IMG/VR virus record: IMGVR_UViG_3300045837_000016 | Location: 1 to 48,515 of that record | Length of the DNA: 48,515 bases | Direction: 5' to 3' (one strand) | Source of the DNA: a virus | Taxonomy: Duplodnaviria; Caudoviricetes | Position numbers and translations under genes: made by a program | Notes under the pieces: generated by a model | Databases searched by the model: none | Seen by the model: the letters and a program-made list of their open reading frames with translations, nothing else | What the model was told of the DNA's origin: nothing | Part shown: piece by piece, positions 45,136 through 48,515 of the stretch | Position numbering within the stretch: position 1 is the stretch's first letter | How the letters are laid out: each line of letters begins with the position of its first letter

Positions 45136-45356
45136 CCAAGCGGGAAACGCGCCAGATGCTAGGCATCCGAGCTCTACCCTCAGAGGTCCAGCGGATCGAC
45201 GCTCTAGCGGCTCAGTACGGGATGTCTCGCACCGAATACATGGTCAGGGCTGCTCTGGTGGAGCTTCCCGAGCTGATCGACGAACGCGACAGGCGCTTGG
45301 ATGACCACGAAGCACGCCTGGACCGGCTAGAGCGCCTGGTGGAGCTTGGCGGCTGA
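45132..45356 (+). CDS. Ribbon-helix-helix regulator with coiled coil
   Basis: LGIRALPSEVQRIDALAAQYGMSRTEYMVRAAL. Confidence 0.75.
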   Translation: MTKRETRQMLGIRALPSEVQRIDALAAQYGMSRTEYMVRAALVELPELIDERDRRLDDHEARLDRLERLVELGG

Positions 45357-45629
45357 CTCGCCTACATAGCTGGGATCGTCAACGGGTCGCCATGTGCGGC
45401 CCGTTTGGCGTTTCTTACGCTGGATCGTTCAGCGTGGCTTCGGTGAGGCTGTGCTCTGCCCAATACCAGGAGGCGACGTTGCTCAGCTTCAGTGCTTCGA
45501 GCGTGTGGATGACGTGGAGATGGGTGACCGGGTCGAAGTGCTTGTTGCTGCGGAGATCCTCGAGCACCTTCCCGGCCGTGTACTCCTCGTAGCTCACTGT
45601 CCTGCTCCTGAGCCTGGAACACGGATGCA

Positions 45630-46031
45630 TCACTGGCCGTGATCAACCCAGCGTAGGTGTCGCAGGCGGAAGTTCGTCCAGTGCCAGCGCAGCCATGCCA
45701 TCGGGCTGATCCAGCCTGTCCGGCCTGTTTTATGGCGGATGGCGCGGAGGTCGGCGATGGTGAAGTCTGCGATGGTGACGAAGCCGTGCTCGAGGTCCGG
45801 CAGCTCGTCTGAGGGCACGAGCGCGATCCCGTTGTCGTCTAGCGGCGTGGCCGAGAGAAGTGAGCCTTCGCCGCACTCGACCAGTGTCGGGAGTTCGCCC
45901 GTGACGCGGAAGCGGAATCGCCAGCCTGGCGTGGCTATCGAGAAGCGCGGTGAGCCGTCAGGTTCGCTGTCCCACACGATCAGCGGTTCAGCCCCAACGC
46001 GCAGCACTTCGCGGTAGCGCTTTGGCCTCAC
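45630..46031 (-). CDS. Hypothetical protein (MRPKRYRE...)
   Basis: GTGA coupling; AGGA RBS. Confidence 0.5.
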   Translation of the reverse strand: MRPKRYREVLRVGAEPLIVWDSEPDGSPRFSIATPGWRFRFRVTGELPTLVECGEGSLLSATPLDDNGIALVPSDELPDLEHGFVTIADFTIADLRAIRHKTGRTGWISPMAWLRWHWTNFRLRHLRWVDHGQ

Positions 46032-46161
46032 TGTCCTGCTCCCGTTCCGGGTACTCGCAGGCACGGCAGCTTCTGGGGCTGAGATTTCACCTGGGCGATG
46101 TAGCGGGCTGCGGCGCGTTTCTGCCGGCGGTCGCGCTTCTCGGCTGGGGAGAGCTTGGCGG

Positions 46162-46380
46162 TCATGCGATTGGGCGCTCGGGAGGACGGTTGCTGATCGC
46201 ATCGCGGCGATGCGAGAAAACCTCGTGGCCGTCGTCGTCGAGCCCTAGAAGGATCGGCTCGTACTCGACGCGAACGCCATCGGGGCTGATCCACCACCAC
46301 TTGCGTTCGCCCGTGGGCTCCTCATGCCAGGGCACTGAGGGGATGCTGATCCCCTTGAATCGGCCGTTCTGATCGGGCAT
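46162..46380 (-). CDS. Hypothetical protein (MPDQNGRF...)
   Basis: TGATG coupling. Confidence 0.55.
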   Translation of the reverse strand: MPDQNGRFKGISIPSVPWHEEPTGERKWWWISPDGVRVEYEPILLGLDDDGHEVFSHRRDAISNRPPERPIA

Positions 46381-46637
46381 CACGCAGCCTCGAGCTCCCA
46401 CGGTTGACGGACAGCGACGACAGGGCATCTCGCCAAACGCTCGCGCTCCACACACTCGGCGCACACGCACGCATGGGCGTAGCCGTGGCAGATCGGCCGG
46501 GTATTCAGATCACCGAGTCCGAGGATGAAGCCGAGTGCTCGCGCGTCGTGGCCCACGTCGATCAAGGCAGCCTCCAGCGCCGAGAAATCCAGCGTAAATC
46601 TAATTTCCGCCGCGGACAGATCATTTCGCCGTGTCAC
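46380..46637 (-). CDS. Hypothetical Cys-motif protein
   Basis: CHGYAHACVCAEC. Confidence 0.55.
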   Translation of the reverse strand: MTRRNDLSAAEIRFTLDFSALEAALIDVGHDARALGFILGLGDLNTRPICHGYAHACVCAECVERERLARCPVVAVRQPWELEAA

Positions 46638-46890
46638 GAGGTCTCCTCTCGGCCGATCTTGATGACCCAGCCCGTGACCTGACCCATCCGCCAGCCCTGC
46701 TCGCAGTCGGCGCGGACACGCTCGGCGTTCTCAGGCGTCAGCCACCGACTCACCCGCTGGCCGCGCGCCGCGTCCCACACTGCCCGGAGGCGATCGGCGT
46801 GACGCCCGATCGTGACGTAGCGGTGCAGCGAGTGCTCCCACTCGTGGTTCTGCTTGCGCCGCCGGGTCCACCGGTCAATGGCCGATTGAC

Positions 46891-47310
46891 TCAATTGGAC
46901 CTCCCGTACTGCTGGCGGATCATGAGGATGTAGCGGCGGGTCACGTTGAACTCGCGTGCGAGCTGGCCGATATCCTCGTCTGTCTCGGCGATGTAGCGCT
47001 TCCACAATGGCTCTCCGCGCTTGGGAGGTTGCCCCAGGACGATCGGCTGGAGCTTGGCTCGCTGAAGCGCTTCCACGGCCTCCTGGATCACCGCTCGCTT
47101 GGAGTCTTCGCGGTGGGCGCCGTTGTAGCGGTCGCGCCAGTAGTCCACCATCGGCTTCTCGCTCAACGGCTTGGGCGCGCGGTCTTTCTCGCCTCCGTGG
47201 ACGCTTATCCCGTCGTAGGATCGGGCGTGCTGCTCGCTGATGACGCTCATCTCGGCGAGGATCTGGCGCATCTGACGGTCCAGCGGGTCCTGATCGGAGG
47301 CAGGGATCAC
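46891..47310 (-). CDS. Putative late transcription regulator with C-terminal HTH
   Basis: EDIGQLAREFNVTRRYILMIR; position before the late genes. Confidence 0.55.
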   Translation of the reverse strand: MIPASDQDPLDRQMRQILAEMSVISEQHARSYDGISVHGGEKDRAPKPLSEKPMVDYWRDRYNGAHREDSKRAVIQEAVEALQRAKLQPIVLGQPPKRGEPLWKRYIAETDEDIGQLAREFNVTRRYILMIRQQYGRSN

Positions 47311-47561
47311 GCGGCCGGTTCCCTTGGGTCGACGTAGCGCTCGTCGCGTCCTTCATCGCCCGGCCAATACGGCGGCTGGTCGGGCTGGTCCATGAACAGC
47401 AGCCCGACCGCAGTGGTCACGCAGTCAGCGCAGAGAAAGATACCGGGCTTCGCGGGGCTGCCCGTGCCAACGTGCAGCGCGGCCTCGCCACCGCAACCAC
47501 AACGTGGGCCATAGCCCGAAACGTGCCGGATGTAGTCGAAAACTCCTCCGTGCTCGATCAC
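47307..47561 (-). CDS. Small Zn-finger protein
   Basis: CGC..LCADC. Confidence 0.55.
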   Translation of the reverse strand: MIEHGGVFDYIRHVSGYGPRCGCGGEAALHVGTGSPAKPGIFLCADCVTTAVGLLFMDQPDQPPYWPGDEGRDERYVDPREPAA

Positions 47562-47884
47562 GCTGCCTCCTCCACATAGCCCTCCGCCAAACAGTCATCG
47601 CAGAACACCGCCGGAGGGATCCGCGGCTGACGACACGCCGGGTTCGTGCAGGTCGGCACGCCGTTGCGCTTCTTGCGCTTGTTGCCCACCGTCGCCCAGT
47701 CCTGGCCGTTGACCGTCTGCACCCATGCTTTGCCGAACAGCTCGCCAGCGACCCGTGCCAGACGGGCTCGGTGGTCGGGGCAGAAGCCCGAGGGGGTTCC
47801 GCAGCCGCAGGGGCAGGGAGGGGCGCTACGGGGCTTAGAGCGCGGTGGGGCGACAGGCTGGTGAGCGGTGGGGGCTGGCCTCAT
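47558..47884 (-). CDS. Zn-finger protein
   Basis: CPCGC..FCPDH..CTNPAC..FCDDC. Confidence 0.6.
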   Translation of the reverse strand: MRPAPTAHQPVAPPRSKPRSAPPCPCGCGTPSGFCPDHRARLARVAGELFGKAWVQTVNGQDWATVGNKRKKRNGVPTCTNPACRQPRIPPAVFCDDCLAEGYVEEAA

Positions 47885-48018
47885 GGAAGAACGCCCTCAT
47901 CCTGTGCGACCACCACCGCGTTCTCGAACTCGCTGCGGATGCGCTCCTCATCCCAGCCCAGTTCGGCCAAGCCCTCGACAGCCTCCAGCAGCATGTCACG
48001 CGCGGTCTGCTCGTCCAT
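47881..48018 (-). CDS. Small acidic protein (MDEQTARD...)
   Basis: AAGGAAGG RBS. Confidence 0.55.
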   Translation of the reverse strand: MDEQTARDMLLEAVEGLAELGWDEERIRSEFENAVVVAQDEGVLP

Positions 48019-48031
48019 CGCCCTTCCTTTC

Positions 48032-48299
48032 GGTGTGTGCAGTGGTGTGTGCGGAAACGCCGAACCGCCCACCTACGCGACCCCACTCGAGGATCACGGA
48101 CGATCCGGCAAAAACCCGCTCGGATGCAGGCTTTATGTCGTCTGGGCGGGTGGTCGTGGCAGCGTCAGGCATCGCCTGACATTGCTGCCACTCCTCCCTC
48201 ACCAATGGGTATGGTTTCGGCGTCATACGGCGTCAGATATCCCGATTAGCAGGGGTTTCTGCGGGCGGATCTTCGGGCTGTGTGCGGTCTGGTGTGCGG
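48032..48299. other. Putative attP
   Basis: Paired GTGTGC arm-type repeats at 12-bp spacing on both flanks (48032/48044 and 48278/48290); central ACCA-7bp-TGGT (48201-48215); CGGCGTCA tandem; downstream of int on the circle. Confidence 0.6.
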
Positions 48300-48409
48300 C
48301 GCCACGCTTCGTACTCCTCGACCGTGCGCTCCAATGCTTCGCTCGCTCGCGCGTCGTGCCGCATCCTTGAAGCCGATTCGCGGACCGAGAGATGGCGCAC
48401 CGCGGTCAC
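48233..48409 (-). pseudogene. 58-aa chimeric ORF: xis N-terminus plus an integrase-C-terminus-like tail
   Basis: MTAVRHLSVRE (xis: MTAVRHLPVRE)...RHDARASEALERTVEEYEAWRR versus int end GHFDDDRALERVKEAFRR. Confidence 0.4.
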
Positions 48410-48432
48410 TCAGGAACTCCCTGCTGTCCAAA
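48373..48432. repeat. 60-bp direct repeat, copy A
   Basis: Matches 2435..2494 with 2 mismatches. Confidence 0.95.
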
Positions 48433-48515
48433 AGGGGGTCTATTCAGGACCGCCCGGAGGAAGCGGCCGACGGCGAGACCTCCGGCAAGCGCGCCAGCGC
48501 CGACCAAGCCGAGGA
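48389..48515. repeat. 127-bp terminal overlap with 56..182 (assembly circularisation)
   Basis: Exact match; 127 is a common assembler k-mer size. Confidence 0.9.

Larger units (their letters stand above)
56..48388. mobile_element. Complete circularly permuted temperate phage genome (podovirus-like)
   Basis: 48389..48515 is identical to 56..182 (127 bp). Lysogeny, replication, packaging, head, tail and lysis modules are all present; no host housekeeping genes. Confidence 0.93.

Noticed and set aside
35739-47560. Many late proteins ending in -AA as a global degron system
   Set aside because: Largely explained by the next gene's GGAGGC RBS and GCGTGA stop/start overlap; kept only as a weak note for Int and Cro.
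48190-48205. tRNA 3' end (CTCCCTCACCA) as att core
   Set aside because: No T-loop (TTCGA) or cloverleaf upstream; no tRNA gene recognised anywhere in the window.
48389-48515. Biological direct terminal repeat
   Set aside because: Exactly 127 bp (assembler k-mer size), cuts through a gene and is far from the packaging region; treated as circularisation overlap.
1-48515. Diversity-generating retroelement, retron or group I/II intron
   Set aside because: No reverse transcriptase motif, no TR/VR pair with A-specific mismatches and no large gene interruption seen.

Overview
Near-complete, circularly assembling genome (unit length about 48,333 bp, 56..48388) of a high-GC temperate tailed phage. 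It looks podovirus-like: nozzle, adaptor and ejection proteins, with no tape measure or tail tube. An actinobacterial host is likely (phage-encoded mIHF, leaderless sigma-A promoters); Thermoleophilia/Solirubrobacterales is an inference only. Almost all genes are on the - strand: cro, ERF/HNH/resolvase, replication initiator/loader, mIHF, accessory genes, xis, int, putative attP, late regulator, putative packaging region, TerL, fibres, portal, scaffold, capsid, tail, ejection proteins, TerS-like, lysis. cI and three promoter-bearing morons are on the + strand. Main discovery candidate: two essential virion genes (portal and tail nozzle) are each interrupted near the 5' end, inside a family-typical motif, by an apparent 8-nt insertion set in RNA hairpin structure. 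This suggests a programmed 8-nt recoding or bypass gate on virion assembly. Also notable: a 2,395-bp xis-int cassette flanked by 60-bp direct repeats whose recombinant junction is present at the contig start; repeated gene-boundary linkers in the accessory region; and a repeated structured RNA motif in the scaffold and capsid leaders. All annotation is by eye, without database searches.
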